The notes: a model not told the origin generated them from the sequence alone. A DNA stretch of 64,000 nucleotides from an uncultured Chloroflexia bacterium (GCA_963841545.1 CAWJDE010000008.1:59957-123956), one strand, 5' to 3'. Shown: positions 51,410-61,699, numbered from the stretch's first letter. Translations and numbers: made by a program.

Positions 51410-52516
51410 TCACCGCGTCAGCGCGGGGCCGTACCAGACCGACGCGGCGATGATCGCGTACAGGCCGAGCAGCATCAGCCCCTCGAGCCAGGTCGACTCG
51501 CCGTCGAACACCACCATGGCGCCCAGCACGGCGGTCAGCGACAGCCCGACCAGGAGCGTGGGGGCGAGGACCAGGGTCATCGGCGTCGGCGAGAGCGCCA
51601 GGCTCGCCAGCACCAGCACCGGGGTCAGGGCGATCGCGACCTGGAGGCTCGAGTTCTGGATCAGGCTGATCGCGAGGTCCGTCCGGTTGCGCATCGCCTG
51701 CTGGATTCCGACCACGTTCTCGACCGCGTTGCCGGCGATGGCGACCACGACGAGGCCGACGAACGCCTCGGACAGCCCCAGCGACGCCATGGCCGGCCGG
51801 AGCGCCTCCACGAACCAGTCCGATACGACCGCCGCGCCGAGACCGGACGCCGCCAGCAGACCCAGGGTCACCTCCATCGGCCAGCGTCGCTCCACGCCGT
51901 GCTCGAGCCGCGACGCGCCCTGCCCGCCGCCCAGCGAGTAGGGGATCGAGGCCGCGAACACGATCAGCAGGACCACCGAGACGAACACCGAGATCTCGAC
52001 GGCGTGCCCCTGGTCGGGGCCGCCGGGGGCGGTGGACACCGTCGGGATCGCCAGCGCCGCGACCGCGAGGACGAGCACGACCGCGATCGTGCGCACCGGG
52101 GCCGCGTCGAAGCGCTGGGTTCCGTGGCGCAGCCCGCCGGCGAGGAACGCGAGCCCGAGCACGAGCAGGCTGTTGCCCAGGATCGAGCCGACGAGCGCGG
52201 TCTGGACGAGCACCACCAGTCCCTCGCGGAGGGCGAACAGCGAGATGAACAGCTCGGGCAGGTTGCCGAGCGCCGACTGGAGCACGCCGGTGGCTCCAGG
52301 ACCGAAGCGGCCGCCCAGCTGGTCGGTCCCCTCGCCGACGAGGCCGGCCAGCGCCGCAAGCGTCACCGCCGCGGCGACGAACACCGTCACCTCGCTGCCG
52401 TCCGTGACCTTCACGGCCAGCGTGACCACGACGCCGATCGCTGCCACCACGCCCAGCGCCAGAACCTTGCGACCGAGCACGGCCACGATCCCCTCGCCGG
52501 TCTGGGTGCTCGACAT
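51410..52516 (-). CDS. Ca2+/H+ antiporter (CaCA family)
   Basis: GNLPEL, GSILGNSLL, IAGNAVE, STWLEG. Confidence 0.9.
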   Translation of the reverse strand: MSSTQTGEGIVAVLGRKVLALGVVAAIGVVVTLAVKVTDGSEVTVFVAAAVTLAALAGLVGEGTDQLGGRFGPGATGVLQSALGNLPELFISLFALREGLVVLVQTALVGSILGNSLLVLGLAFLAGGLRHGTQRFDAAPVRTIAVVLVLAVAALAIPTVSTAPGGPDQGHAVEISVFVSVVLLIVFAASIPYSLGGGQGASRLEHGVERRWPMEVTLGLLAASGLGAAVVSDWFVEALRPAMASLGLSEAFVGLVVVAIAGNAVENVVGIQQAMRNRTDLAISLIQNSSLQVAIALTPVLVLASLALSPTPMTLVLAPTLLVGLSLTAVLGAMVVFDGESTWLEGLMLLGLYAIIAASVWYGPALTR

Positions 52517-52597
52517 GCCGGCAACTCTACGACGACCCCAGCTCGGCGGCCGATCGCCCGTCCCGTAGCACGGAGCCAGCACATCGAGAGCTGGCGT

Positions 52598-53260
52598 TCA
52601 GGTGGGCGGCAGCTCCAGCCAGCCCTCGCGCAGCGCCCGCGTGGCGAGCTCGGTGCGCGAGGCGAGGTCGAACCGCTCGAACACGCGCGCCAGGTGGGTC
52701 TCGACCGTCTTCGCGCCGATGCCGAGCGCCGCACCGATCTCGTCGTTGGTGTGTCCCTCGACGACCAGTCGCACGACCTCGAGCTCGCGGGGGGAGAGCC
52801 GCAGCATCGTCCCGTGTCGCGGCCGGACGGAGAACGCCAACCCGCCCGCCGCCGCCCGCTCGATCGCGTCCCGCAGCTCGCGGACGGGCGCCGTCTTGAG
52901 CACGAAGCCGGCGGCGCCGAGCCGCAGGGCTGCCTCGGCGTACTGCGGGTAGTCGTAGGCAGTGAGCACGACGATGGCGGGCGGCGGCGGCGATCCCGGG
53001 GCTGGCGCGCCAGTGGCCACCGCCGCTCCCGACGGCGCCGCCGCCAGGAGATTGAGGCCGCTTTCGGTACCCAGGCGGATGTCGAGCAGCAGGACGTCGA
53101 TGCCGCCTCGAGCGGTCAGCTGCCGCGCCTCCTCCAGCGTGCCGGCGGTACCCACCACCGCCAGCCCGGGCTCGGCCGCCAGCAGCGCCGCCGTGCCGTC
53201 GCGGACCACGGGGTGATCGTCGACGATCGCGACCCGGATCGGGTGCCGGGGCGGGCTCAA
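52598..53260 (-). CDS. NarL/LuxR family response regulator
   Basis: VAIVDDHP, LLLDIRL, LSPRE...TN.EI...TVETH. Confidence 0.9.
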   Translation of the reverse strand: MSPPRHPIRVAIVDDHPVVRDGTAALLAAEPGLAVVGTAGTLEEARQLTARGGIDVLLLDIRLGTESGLNLLAAAPSGAAVATGAPAPGSPPPPAIVVLTAYDYPQYAEAALRLGAAGFVLKTAPVRELRDAIERAAAGGLAFSVRPRHGTMLRLSPRELEVVRLVVEGHTNDEIGAALGIGAKTVETHLARVFERFDLASRTELATRALREGWLELPPT

Positions 53261-53320
53261 GGCACCGGCGTCCGGCTCATCGGGCGCGACGGATCTCCGG
53301 CCCGGGCCGCCCGGCGGTCG

Positions 53321-55045
53321 TCACCGGGGGCGCCAGTCGAGCTGGACGTGGGTCCCACCGGCCGGCCAGCGACGGACGTCGAGGATCGCCCCGATCCCCT
53401 CGGCGCGCTGCTGCATGTTGAGCAGCCCGAAGTGGCCTTCCCGCTCCGCCCGGTCGCCGGCGTCCGCGCCGATCCCCGGGCCGGCATCGTCCACGGCGAG
53501 CATCGCGCCGTCGGGCGTGGCGCGATAGTGCACGACGATCGGGGGCCGCCCGTGCTTCACGGCGTTGGCCAGGGCTTCCTGGGCAACCCGGAAGAAGGCC
53601 AGCTCCACGTCGGGCGGTGGCCGGGTGCCGTCCGTGCGTTCGAGGCGGACCTCGCCGCCGGCCAGCCGCTCGATGCGGAGCACCAGCCAGTCCAGCGCCG
53701 GCCCGACGCCCAGGTCGTCGAGGATCGGCAGCCGCAGGTCGCCGCAGATGGCCCGCAGCCGATCCGACACGCCGCGGGCGACCTCGGCACCCTCGGCGTC
53801 GCCGGCCGCGTCGAGCCGGCGAACGAGCATGGTCAGCTCCTGGAGCGCGTCGTCGTGGATGTCCGCCGCGACCCTCGCCCGCTCGGCCTCGGTGGCGGCG
53901 ACGATGAGGTCGCGCTGGAGCGCGGCCCGGCTGGCCAGCCGGGCCAGCGGTCGGACCGTGAACCGATCGGCCAGCAGGATGGCGACGATCCAGAGCAGGA
54001 ACACGATGAGCAGCGACGAGGAGGCCGTGGCCAGCGCGAGGGCCGGCGTCAGGCCAGCGACGGCGAGCTCGGTCGAGGTCAGGAGCCGCCCGCTCGCGGT
54101 GGCCTCGGCGCCCGGGGTCGCAGCGGACGGGTGCGCCCCGGGGATGACGGGGCCGGCCGCGATGACGCCCGGGATGACCACCATGCCGTCCACCAGCGCC
54201 GTCGTCGCGAACTCGACATCGCCCACCCCGGTGCTGAGCGCGTCGGCGATCCCGAGCACCACGGCGACCACTCCGCAGGTGGCGGCGGCAACCAGCGCCA
54301 GCTCACGATCGCGACCTCCTTCGATGCGGTTGACCAGCGCAGCCGTGAGCGGGAGCATCGCGAGCGGCAGGACCACGGCCAGGATCAGCCCCGCGAGCGG
54401 GGCCCACACGTGCGTCAGCGGCTGGACCAGGAACGGCGCGGCGGTGGCCACCGCGAGCGGCAACCCGAGGTCGCGAAGGGACTCGCCGGCACGCCCGGTC
54501 GTCAGCCACCACGCCGTCGCGAACAGCACGCCGATGCCGAACACGACGAGGACGATCGATGCCCGCAGCGAGTTGGTGCCGTCATCGCCGATGGACACTC
54601 CACCGCGAGGGTTCTCAGCCGAGTAGGACGCGAGGTCGCTGGGCCGCATCGCGAACAGGTCGGTCACGGGCTGGGCGACGAGCGCGTCCAGCTCCTCCTG
54701 ACCGATGGAGACCGGCGTCGGGACGGCCGGATCGATGATCGGCACCGCGGCGGGCTGCTCGCCGGTGACCGGATCGGGCGTCGGCTCCTGCTCTGGATAG
54801 ATCGCCTGGGGCAGCCGGATCAGCTCCCGGCCGTTGACGTCGATGACCACCATCCCGGCTTCGACGCCGTACCGCGCGGCGGGGCCGTACGGGTCCACCC
54901 ACCAGACCACGACACGGCCGCTGTCCACGCCGAGCCCGACACCGGGACCGTTCCTTGCCAGGACCGGGGTGAGCACGCCGATGGCGATCGCCAGCAGCCC
55001 GATGACGCTGGCGACACGCTCGATCCGCCACCGGCTGATGACCAT
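53321..55045 (-). CDS. Multi-TM sensor histidine kinase with PDZ-like domain
   Basis: VDPYGPAARYGVEAGMVVIDVNG; ERARVAADIHDDALQ; QEALANAVKH; GHFGL. Confidence 0.85.
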   Translation of the reverse strand: MVISRWRIERVASVIGLLAIAIGVLTPVLARNGPGVGLGVDSGRVVVWWVDPYGPAARYGVEAGMVVIDVNGRELIRLPQAIYPEQEPTPDPVTGEQPAAVPIIDPAVPTPVSIGQEELDALVAQPVTDLFAMRPSDLASYSAENPRGGVSIGDDGTNSLRASIVLVVFGIGVLFATAWWLTTGRAGESLRDLGLPLAVATAAPFLVQPLTHVWAPLAGLILAVVLPLAMLPLTAALVNRIEGGRDRELALVAAATCGVVAVVLGIADALSTGVGDVEFATTALVDGMVVIPGVIAAGPVIPGAHPSAATPGAEATASGRLLTSTELAVAGLTPALALATASSSLLIVFLLWIVAILLADRFTVRPLARLASRAALQRDLIVAATEAERARVAADIHDDALQELTMLVRRLDAAGDAEGAEVARGVSDRLRAICGDLRLPILDDLGVGPALDWLVLRIERLAGGEVRLERTDGTRPPPDVELAFFRVAQEALANAVKHGRPPIVVHYRATPDGAMLAVDDAGPGIGADAGDRAEREGHFGLLNMQQRAEGIGAILDVRRWPAGGTHVQLDWRPR

Positions 55046-55171
55046 GGCCGGACGGTAGCAGAGCACCACCCGGCCGGCGATCATGGAAATCCCGGATGCC
55101 CGCCCATGCCATGCCGGACCCTGCCCGGAACCGGCACGGGCTACCGTGGGGCGCAACCGGACGGAGGGGTC

Positions 55172-56071
55172 ATGGCAGCCACGGTCTTGCTCGAGGGACA
55201 CGGCGTCGGCAAGCGGTATCGGCGCCGTCGTCCGTGGGCCCTGCGTGACGTCGACTTCGCGATCCCCGCCGGCTCGATCACGGCGCTCGTCGGACCCAAC
55301 GGCTCGGGCAAGTCGACCCTGATCAAAGGCTGCATCGGGTTCGAGCGGCCCACGACCGGCCGGCTCGTCGTCGACGGCGTCGACCCGTGGCGCGATCGGG
55401 GCGGCGCGGTCCGCCACGCGGGCTACGTGCCGCAGGCGCCGTCCCTGTATCGCGAGCTCAGCGTCGAGGACCATCTCGCCCTCGCCGCCAGCAGCCGACC
55501 CGGCTTCGATCGTGCCCACGCGCGGCTGCGTCTCCGCCAGCTCGACATCCCGCTCACCGCGCGCGCCGACGAGCTGTCGGGCGGCCAGCAGGCGCAGGTC
55601 GGCCTCGCGCTGGCGCTCGGGACGCGCGCGCGGGTGCTCCTCCTCGACGAGCCGCTGGCCAGCCTCGACCCGCTCGCCCGCCGCGAGTTCCTCCACATCC
55701 TCGCGGAGGGCGTCCACGCCGACGGGTCGACCGCGCTGCTCAGCTCGCACGTCATCGCCGACATCGAGCAGGCGTGCGATCGGCTGCTCGTCCTCGGCGG
55801 CGGGCGCAAGCTCCTCGACGTCTCCATCGCCGAGGCCCGGGCAACGCATCGGGTGGTCGAGGGCGAGCCGACCCCCGGCTCGGGCCGCCTGGTGGGCCGC
55901 TTCCCGGGTCCGCTGGGTGAGCCGCTCGCGCTGGTCGAGGATCCGGGTCCCGCCGGCCGGTCCCCGACGCTCGAGGAGGTCGTGCTCGGTCACCTCGCTG
56001 CGGGCCGCGCGGCGCGTCCGACGGTCGTGGGGGAGACTCGATCGGCCGTGGCCGGGGAGGCCGTGGCATGA
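55172..56071 (+). CDS. ABC transporter ATP-binding protein
   Basis: GPNGSGKST, LSGGQ, LLLDEP, SSH. Confidence 0.92.
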   Translation: MAATVLLEGHGVGKRYRRRRPWALRDVDFAIPAGSITALVGPNGSGKSTLIKGCIGFERPTTGRLVVDGVDPWRDRGGAVRHAGYVPQAPSLYRELSVEDHLALAASSRPGFDRAHARLRLRQLDIPLTARADELSGGQQAQVGLALALGTRARVLLLDEPLASLDPLARREFLHILAEGVHADGSTALLSSHVIADIEQACDRLLVLGGGRKLLDVSIAEARATHRVVEGEPTPGSGRLVGRFPGPLGEPLALVEDPGPAGRSPTLEEVVLGHLAAGRAARPTVVGETRSAVAGEAVA

Positions 56072-57015
56072 CCGCGACGACCATCCGCCTCTCGCTCCGC
56101 CTGCAGGCGTTCGAGCTCCTCACGATGACCGTGCTCACGGGAACGGCGCTCGTGCTGACCGCGCTCGCGGTCACGTGGATCGACGCCGCCGGGTTCGGGC
56201 CCGCGTGCGTCGCGCAGATGCGGACCGGCGCCCTCGACGCCACGTGCGAGGTGGCGCAGGAGGCCTTCTACCGCGCGAGCTCGACGCCGGCCGACCGGCT
56301 CGCCCAGGCCCTCGTCCTGGTCGTGCCGTTCCTGTTCGCGGCGGTGGCCGGGGTCGCCGTGGTCGGACGCGAGCTCGAGCGAGGGACGACGCGGCTGGCC
56401 TGGGCGCTGTCGCCGTCACGCACGCGCTGGTTCCTCGGTCGCGTCGTGCCCGTGGGGGTCGTCGTCATCGTGCTCGCGTTCGCCCTGGGGGTGGCGGCGG
56501 ACCGCCTCGTGGCCGCATCGATGCCGGAGGTCGATACCGCCAACGGCTTCCCCCTGTTCGGGTTCCGCGGCATCGTGCTCGCGGCGCGGGCCACGTTCAC
56601 GTTCGCGGTCGCCGTGCTGATCGGCGCGGCCATCGGGCGCACGCTGCCGGCCCTGCTGGTGACGGCCGTCGTCGTGTTCATCGGGATCGCCGGGGGCACC
56701 GAGGTTCATCAGCAGATCCTCGAGCGCGAGGCCATCGTCCTGCCGGGCGAGGAGTACCACGCTGAGAACCTGTACTTCAGCTCCGGGTTCGTGCTCCCGG
56801 ACGGGCGGTTCGCCGGCTGGCAGGAGATCGAGGCCATCGACCCGCCACCCACCGACGGGTCGGAGTGGGTGCCGAAGTACCCGCAGGCGAGCCTCGTGGT
56901 GCCCGGCTCGCGGTACCGGTTCGTCGAGGCTCGGGAGACAGCGGCTCTCAGCGCGGGCAGCCTGCTCGCGCTGCTGCTGAGCGCGCTCGTCGTCCGCCGC
57001 TCGCGGCCCGGCTGA
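56068..57015 (+). CDS. ABC-2 type permease
   Basis: RELERGT motif, multiple TMs, coupled to the ATPase. Confidence 0.85.
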   Translation: MTATTIRLSLRLQAFELLTMTVLTGTALVLTALAVTWIDAAGFGPACVAQMRTGALDATCEVAQEAFYRASSTPADRLAQALVLVVPFLFAAVAGVAVVGRELERGTTRLAWALSPSRTRWFLGRVVPVGVVVIVLAFALGVAADRLVAASMPEVDTANGFPLFGFRGIVLAARATFTFAVAVLIGAAIGRTLPALLVTAVVVFIGIAGGTEVHQQILEREAIVLPGEEYHAENLYFSSGFVLPDGRFAGWQEIEAIDPPPTDGSEWVPKYPQASLVVPGSRYRFVEARETAALSAGSLLALLLSALVVRRSRPG

Positions 57016-57126
57016 CCCGGCCGGCCGGACGGATGGCGGGAACGTCCTCGGCGGCACGGATCGCGACCGGCCCCATGGTTCGGCCTCGGACCGGGACGCC
57101 GGTCGCGGCGTCGCGCCGGTCCGGGA

Positions 57127-57483
57127 TCAGCCTCGCTCGCCGGACGTTCCCCAGCCCACGTACTCGCCCCCGTGCTCGGCCGCAAACGCGCCCAGCTGGT
57201 CACGGATGGCGGTCAGCCGCTCCAGCGTCACGACCATCGGGAACGTGACCCTGACCGTCCAGCGACTGCCCAGCAGGGGCGGGCTCATGGCGACCGAGCC
57301 ACCGGTGCTCGCCAGCTGGGCCGTGACCCGGCGGGCCGCGCGCTCGTCTCGCATCGCGAGCAGGTGCTCCACCACGATCGGGCTGGACAGGTCGACGCCG
57401 GCACGCTCGAGCTTGGCGAGCAGCCGGGCGTCCGCCTGGCCGCCATCGTCCGGCACCCCCAGCAGCCGCCGGATGAGGCTCAT
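57127..57483 (-). CDS. RraB-like domain protein
   Basis: L..AGVDLS.P..VEH; GGEYVGWG. Confidence 0.7.
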   Translation of the reverse strand: MSLIRRLLGVPDDGGQADARLLAKLERAGVDLSSPIVVEHLLAMRDERAARRVTAQLASTGGSVAMSPPLLGSRWTVRVTFPMVVTLERLTAIRDQLGAFAAEHGGEYVGWGTSGERG

Positions 57484-59441
57484 GCGCGCACCCCCGTGTG
57501 GGTCCGGGCCCGGCCCGGTGGCTGGGCCGCGTCGCCGGTGGCCAGCCGCTCGACGCGGATCGCGGTCGCCTTGAACTCGGCCGTGCCCGCCTTCGGGTCC
57601 GTGGCGTCGATGGTCAGCACATTGGTCGCGACGTCGTCCTGGAAATGGAAGGTCATGAACGCCAGCCCGGGTCGCAGCCCTTCGTCCGCGCGAACCGGCG
57701 CCTCGACCTCGCCCCGCCGCGACACCACGCGCACGCGCTCGCCCTCTGCCAGCCCCAGCCGCTCGACGTCCTCCGGCGACAGGTCGATCGTCTCGCCCTT
57801 CCGGCGCGGATAGACGTAGCGGTTCGACTGGACGCCCGTGTTGTACGAGTCGAGGCGGCGACCCGTGGTGAGCCGGATCGGAAAGTCGTCCGTCAGCCGG
57901 TCGACGGGCGGGTCGTGCTCGACGGGCACGAACGGCGCCCGGTTGCCGGGGACCGGGTCCTCCCACAGCCGCGAGTGGAGGAACAGCTCGCCCGGGTGCG
58001 TCTCGTCGTAGCACGGCCACTGGAGCCCGCCCTCGGCCTCGAGCCGCGCATAGCTCATGCCGGCGAACGCGGGCGCGAGCCGCCGAACCTCGTCCCAGGT
58101 GGCCTCGGGATCCGCCTCGCCCCAGTCGTGGCCCATCCGTCGCGCGAGCTCGTACACGATCCACAGGTCGTCGCGGGCCTCGCCCGGCGGCGCGAGCGCC
58201 TTGTGCACGCGCTGCACCCGGCGCTCCGAGTTGGTGACGGTGCCCTCGCTCTCCGCCCAGGCCGCGGCCGCGGGCAGCACCACGTCGGCGATCTGTGCGG
58301 TCGCCGTCAGGAAGATGTCCTGGACGACCACGAAGTCCAGGCCACGAAGCAGTCGCTCGGTGCGATGGCGATCTGCCTCGGACTGCAGCGGGTTCTCGCC
58401 GATCACGTACAGCGCCGTCAGCTCGCCCCGCTCCATGGCATCGAACATGCCCGACAGGTGCCAGCCACGCTTCGGCGGGACGGGGACGCCCCAGGCGGCG
58501 TCGAACTTCGAGCGCAGCGCGTCGTTCTCCACGTGCTGGAAGCCGGGCAGCCGGTCGGGAAGCGCGCCCATGTCGCCGCCGCCCTGGACGTTGTTCTGGC
58601 CCCGGAGCGGGTTGAGGCCGCTGCCGTACCGCCCGACGTGACCGGTGAGCAGCGACAGGTCGATCAGCGCGAGCACGTTGTCGACCGCGTTGTGATGCTC
58701 GGTGATGCCCAGCGTCCAGCACAGCAGCGCGCGATCGGCCCTGGCATACGCGTGGGCTGCCTCGCGGATCGCCGCGGCCGGCACCCCCGTCTCGCGCTCG
58801 GCGTACTCGAGCGTGTAGGGCTCGACGGCGTCCCGATAGGCCTCGAAGCTGGTGGTGGCGCGGGTGATGAACGCGTCGTTCGCGAGGCCGGCGTGGATGA
58901 TCTCGCGGCCCATCGCATTGGCCAGCGCGATGTCCGAGCCTACGTCGAGGCCCAGCCAGAGATCCGCCCACTGGGCGCTGCTGCTGCGGCGTGGGTCGAT
59001 CGCGATCAGGCGCGCCCCACGGTGAAGCCCCTTGAGCAGGTGGTGGAAGAAGATCGGGTGCGTCTCCCGGGCGTTGCTGCCCCACAGGAGCACGAGATCC
59101 GTCTCCTCGGCTTCACGATATGAGCTGGTTCCGCCACCAGCGCCGAACACGGTCGCCAGACCGGCGACAGAGGGGGCGTGTCAGGTGCGGTTGCAGCTGT
59201 CGATGTTGTTGCTGCCCAGGACGACGCGGGAGAGCTTCTGGGCCGCGAAGTTGACCTCGTTGGTCGACTTGCTGCAGCTGAAGATCCCGTAGGTCCGGGA
59301 GCCGTGCGCCGCGCCCGCCGCCCGGAGCCCGGTGACCACCCGATCCAGCGCCTCGTCCCAGGTCGCGGGACGCAGGTTGCCGGTCAGGCGGTCGCCGTCG
59401 CGCACGAGCGGCGTGGTCAGGCGGACGTACTCCTTCGGCAC
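57480..59441 (-). CDS. fdhF: Selenocysteine-containing Mo/W-bisPGD formate dehydrogenase catalytic subunit
   Basis: ORFs 59181..59675 and 57480..59150 are in frame across TGA 59181-59183: NNIDSCNRT-U-HAPSVAGL; LRGQNNVQG; GTAEFKA. Confidence 0.93.
59152..59168 (-). promoter_or_regulatory. Bacterial SECIS hairpin
   Basis: GUCGCC-GGUCU-GGCGAC begins 12 nt after the UGA, resembling the E. coli fdhF SECIS. Confidence 0.8.
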
Positions 59442-59541
59442 AGGCGTACCTCGGGTGCGATGGTCCAACTCCGCGAGTGTAGATCCGTCGGCAACCGGCG
59501 TCCGCCTCCCGGTCCGCCTCCCGATCCTCGAATCGACGCGC

Positions 59542-60324
59542 TCAGCTCCGCGCCGACCGCAGCAGTCCGAACATCGCACCCTGTGGATCGTTGACGATCG
59601 CGAAGCGCCCCCCGGGGAAGTCGGTCGGTGCGACCATCTCGGCGGCACCGGTCTCGACGGCCCGTCGGAAGGCATCGTCCACGTCGGCCACGTTGAAGTA
59701 GATCATCCAGTAGCTGGGGACCCGGGCCGGGATGTTGGGCATCATCTCGAGCCCGCCGAGGATGCTCTCGCCGTTCAGCTGGAACTCCGTGTACTCGCCC
59801 CCGCCCTCGCCCATCGGGCTGGCCGTGGTGGTCCAGCCGAAGACGTCGCCGTAGAAGGCCCGGGCACGGTCGATGCCGCGGGCGTTCAGCTCGGCCCATC
59901 CGAACGTGCCCACCTCGCCCGCGCGGAAGCTGCCCATGCCGGCCGGCTGCCAGGCCGAGATGAAGGCGCCGACGGCGTCCTGGAAGACGGCCATGCGACC
60001 CATCGCGCCAACCTCGAACGCGGGCATGACCACGGTGCCGCCGGCCGACGCCACCGCATCGCCGAGCGCGGCGGCGTCATCGGTGCCGATGTACAGGCTC
60101 CAGACCGTGGGCGCCTCGGCCATCATCTTGGGGCCGATCCCGGCGACGTCCTCGCCGCCATCGGGGAGGCGGGCGATCCCGTAGCCGCCGTACTGGGGGT
60201 CCGGTGAGACCTCCACGTGCCAACCGAACAGCCGCTCGTAGAACGCGCGAGACGCGGCCGGATCGGGGCTGGACAGGTCGATCCAGGCGGGCCTGCGAGT
60301 TCGAGCGGTAGCGCCGTCAGCCAT
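59542..60324 (-). CDS. VOC/glyoxalase family protein (two domains)
   Basis: PAWIDL...AFY..LFGW; GRMAVFQD; GRFAIVNDPQGAMFGL. Confidence 0.9.
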   Translation of the reverse strand: MADGATARTRRPAWIDLSSPDPAASRAFYERLFGWHVEVSPDPQYGGYGIARLPDGGEDVAGIGPKMMAEAPTVWSLYIGTDDAAALGDAVASAGGTVVMPAFEVGAMGRMAVFQDAVGAFISAWQPAGMGSFRAGEVGTFGWAELNARGIDRARAFYGDVFGWTTTASPMGEGGGEYTEFQLNGESILGGLEMMPNIPARVPSYWMIYFNVADVDDAFRRAVETGAAEMVAPTDFPGGRFAIVNDPQGAMFGLLRSARS

Positions 60325-60544
60325 CGGGGGTCTCCTGTCGATGTCCCTGGGGAGCGCCTGCGGAGGCGGGGAGCGCCCAGCGTACGGCGGCCCGCCCGGC
60401 CGGTCCAGACTCGATCTCGCGGTCACGCCCGGCACCCCGACCACGGCATCGGAGTGCATCCAGATGGTGTCCGGCGCCCGGCCGGCACCGCGCGCAGGAG
60501 CATGGCAGCCATGCCGGCGGCCGCAACCGTGCCGCAGCCATCGG

Positions 60545-61618
60545 CTATCGGAGCGCGACCGTCCCGCTGCCCGTCTCGACGGCGCCGACCCGCCAGGTGC
60601 CCACGCCGGCGGCCGCCAGGTCCGTCTCCAGCGTGTCAAGGTCGGTCGCCGGCACGGCGGCCAAGAGGCCGCCCGAGGTCTGCGGGTCGTGCGCGAGGGC
60701 CACCCGCTCGGGCGCCACGTCCGGCCCGACCTCGAGATCGGCGGCCGTGAACCGCCGGTTGTGGGCGGCGCCACCCGTCTCCACGCCGGCCCGGGCCGCC
60801 TCGAGCGCGCCGTCGAGCGCCGGCAGGGCGGCGGCCTCGAACACGAGCCGCACCCCCGATGCACGGGCCATCTCGAGCCCGTGGCCCAGCAGGCCGAACC
60901 CGGTGACGTCGGTCCCGCCCCGGACCCCGTGGGCCACGAGGACGTCGGCGGCCGCCCGGTTGAGCGTCCGCATCTGCCCGATCGCCGCGGCCAGGGCGGC
61001 GTCGCCGGTCCGGCCCGCCCGCCGCCCGCTCACCAGGAGCCCGGTGCCCAGCGGCTTGGTCAGCAGGAGCACGTCTCCGGGCCGCGCGCCACCCTTGCGC
61101 AGCAGCCGGTCCGGGTGGGCGGCGCCGATGACGGCCAGCCCGAACTTGGGCTCCCGGTCGCGGATCGTGTGGCCGCCCGCCAGCACCCCACCGGCCTCTC
61201 GGACCTTCGCGGCGGCGCCCCCGAGCACGGCGGCCAGGGCGTCACCGGGGAAGTCCTCGGGGAACGCCGCGATCGACAGCGCGAACAGGACGCGCCCACC
61301 CATTGCGAAGATGTCGGACAGGGCGTTGGCGGCGGCGATCTCGCCGTAGGTGGCGGGGTCGTCGACGAGCGGCGGGAAGAAGTCGAGCGTGCCGAGGATG
61401 GCGAGCTCGTCGGAGACCCGCCACGCTGCGGCATCGTCGGGCGGGTCGAGGCCGGCGATCAAGGCGGCATCCGGGGTCGTCTGCCCCGCGGCGGTCAGCC
61501 CGGCCAGCGCGCCGGCCAGCAGGTCCGCCCCGAGCTTGGCCGCGCAGCCGCCGCAGTCCGTGAGATCGGTGAGCCGGACGGCCGGGGGATCGGACGCATG
61601 GGTTGAGGTCGACGGCAC
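60545..61618 (-). CDS. selD: Selenide, water dikinase
   Basis: CGGCAAKL, DDAA, DFFPP, NALSD, GGHT, TDVTGFGLLGH, DPQTSGGLL. Confidence 0.95.
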   Translation of the reverse strand: MPSTSTHASDPPAVRLTDLTDCGGCAAKLGADLLAGALAGLTAAGQTTPDAALIAGLDPPDDAAAWRVSDELAILGTLDFFPPLVDDPATYGEIAAANALSDIFAMGGRVLFALSIAAFPEDFPGDALAAVLGGAAAKVREAGGVLAGGHTIRDREPKFGLAVIGAAHPDRLLRKGGARPGDVLLLTKPLGTGLLVSGRRAGRTGDAALAAAIGQMRTLNRAAADVLVAHGVRGGTDVTGFGLLGHGLEMARASGVRLVFEAAALPALDGALEAARAGVETGGAAHNRRFTAADLEVGPDVAPERVALAHDPQTSGGLLAAVPATDLDTLETDLAAAGVGTWRVGAVETGSGTVALR

Positions 61619-61657
61619 GGCGCGATCATACCCGTGCGCGACGGGGACCTCGCCCTC

Positions 61658-61673
61658 ACATTCACGTGAACGT
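61658..61673. promoter_or_regulatory. Dyad ACATTCACGTGAACGT, candidate operator between selD and the MFS gene
   Basis: Near-perfect 16-bp palindrome in an AT-richer spot; TAGACT at 61686. Confidence 0.45.
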
Positions 61674-61699
61674 CAAGGTTGCTGCTAGACTGATCCGTC

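Noticed and set aside
57480-59441. fdhF as a nonsense pseudogene
   Set aside because: The stop is TGA at the catalytic position, with SECIS, selC and selD nearby
60545-61618. SelD as a selenoprotein
   Set aside because: Active-site region reads CGGCAAK with Cys codons; no in-frame TGA
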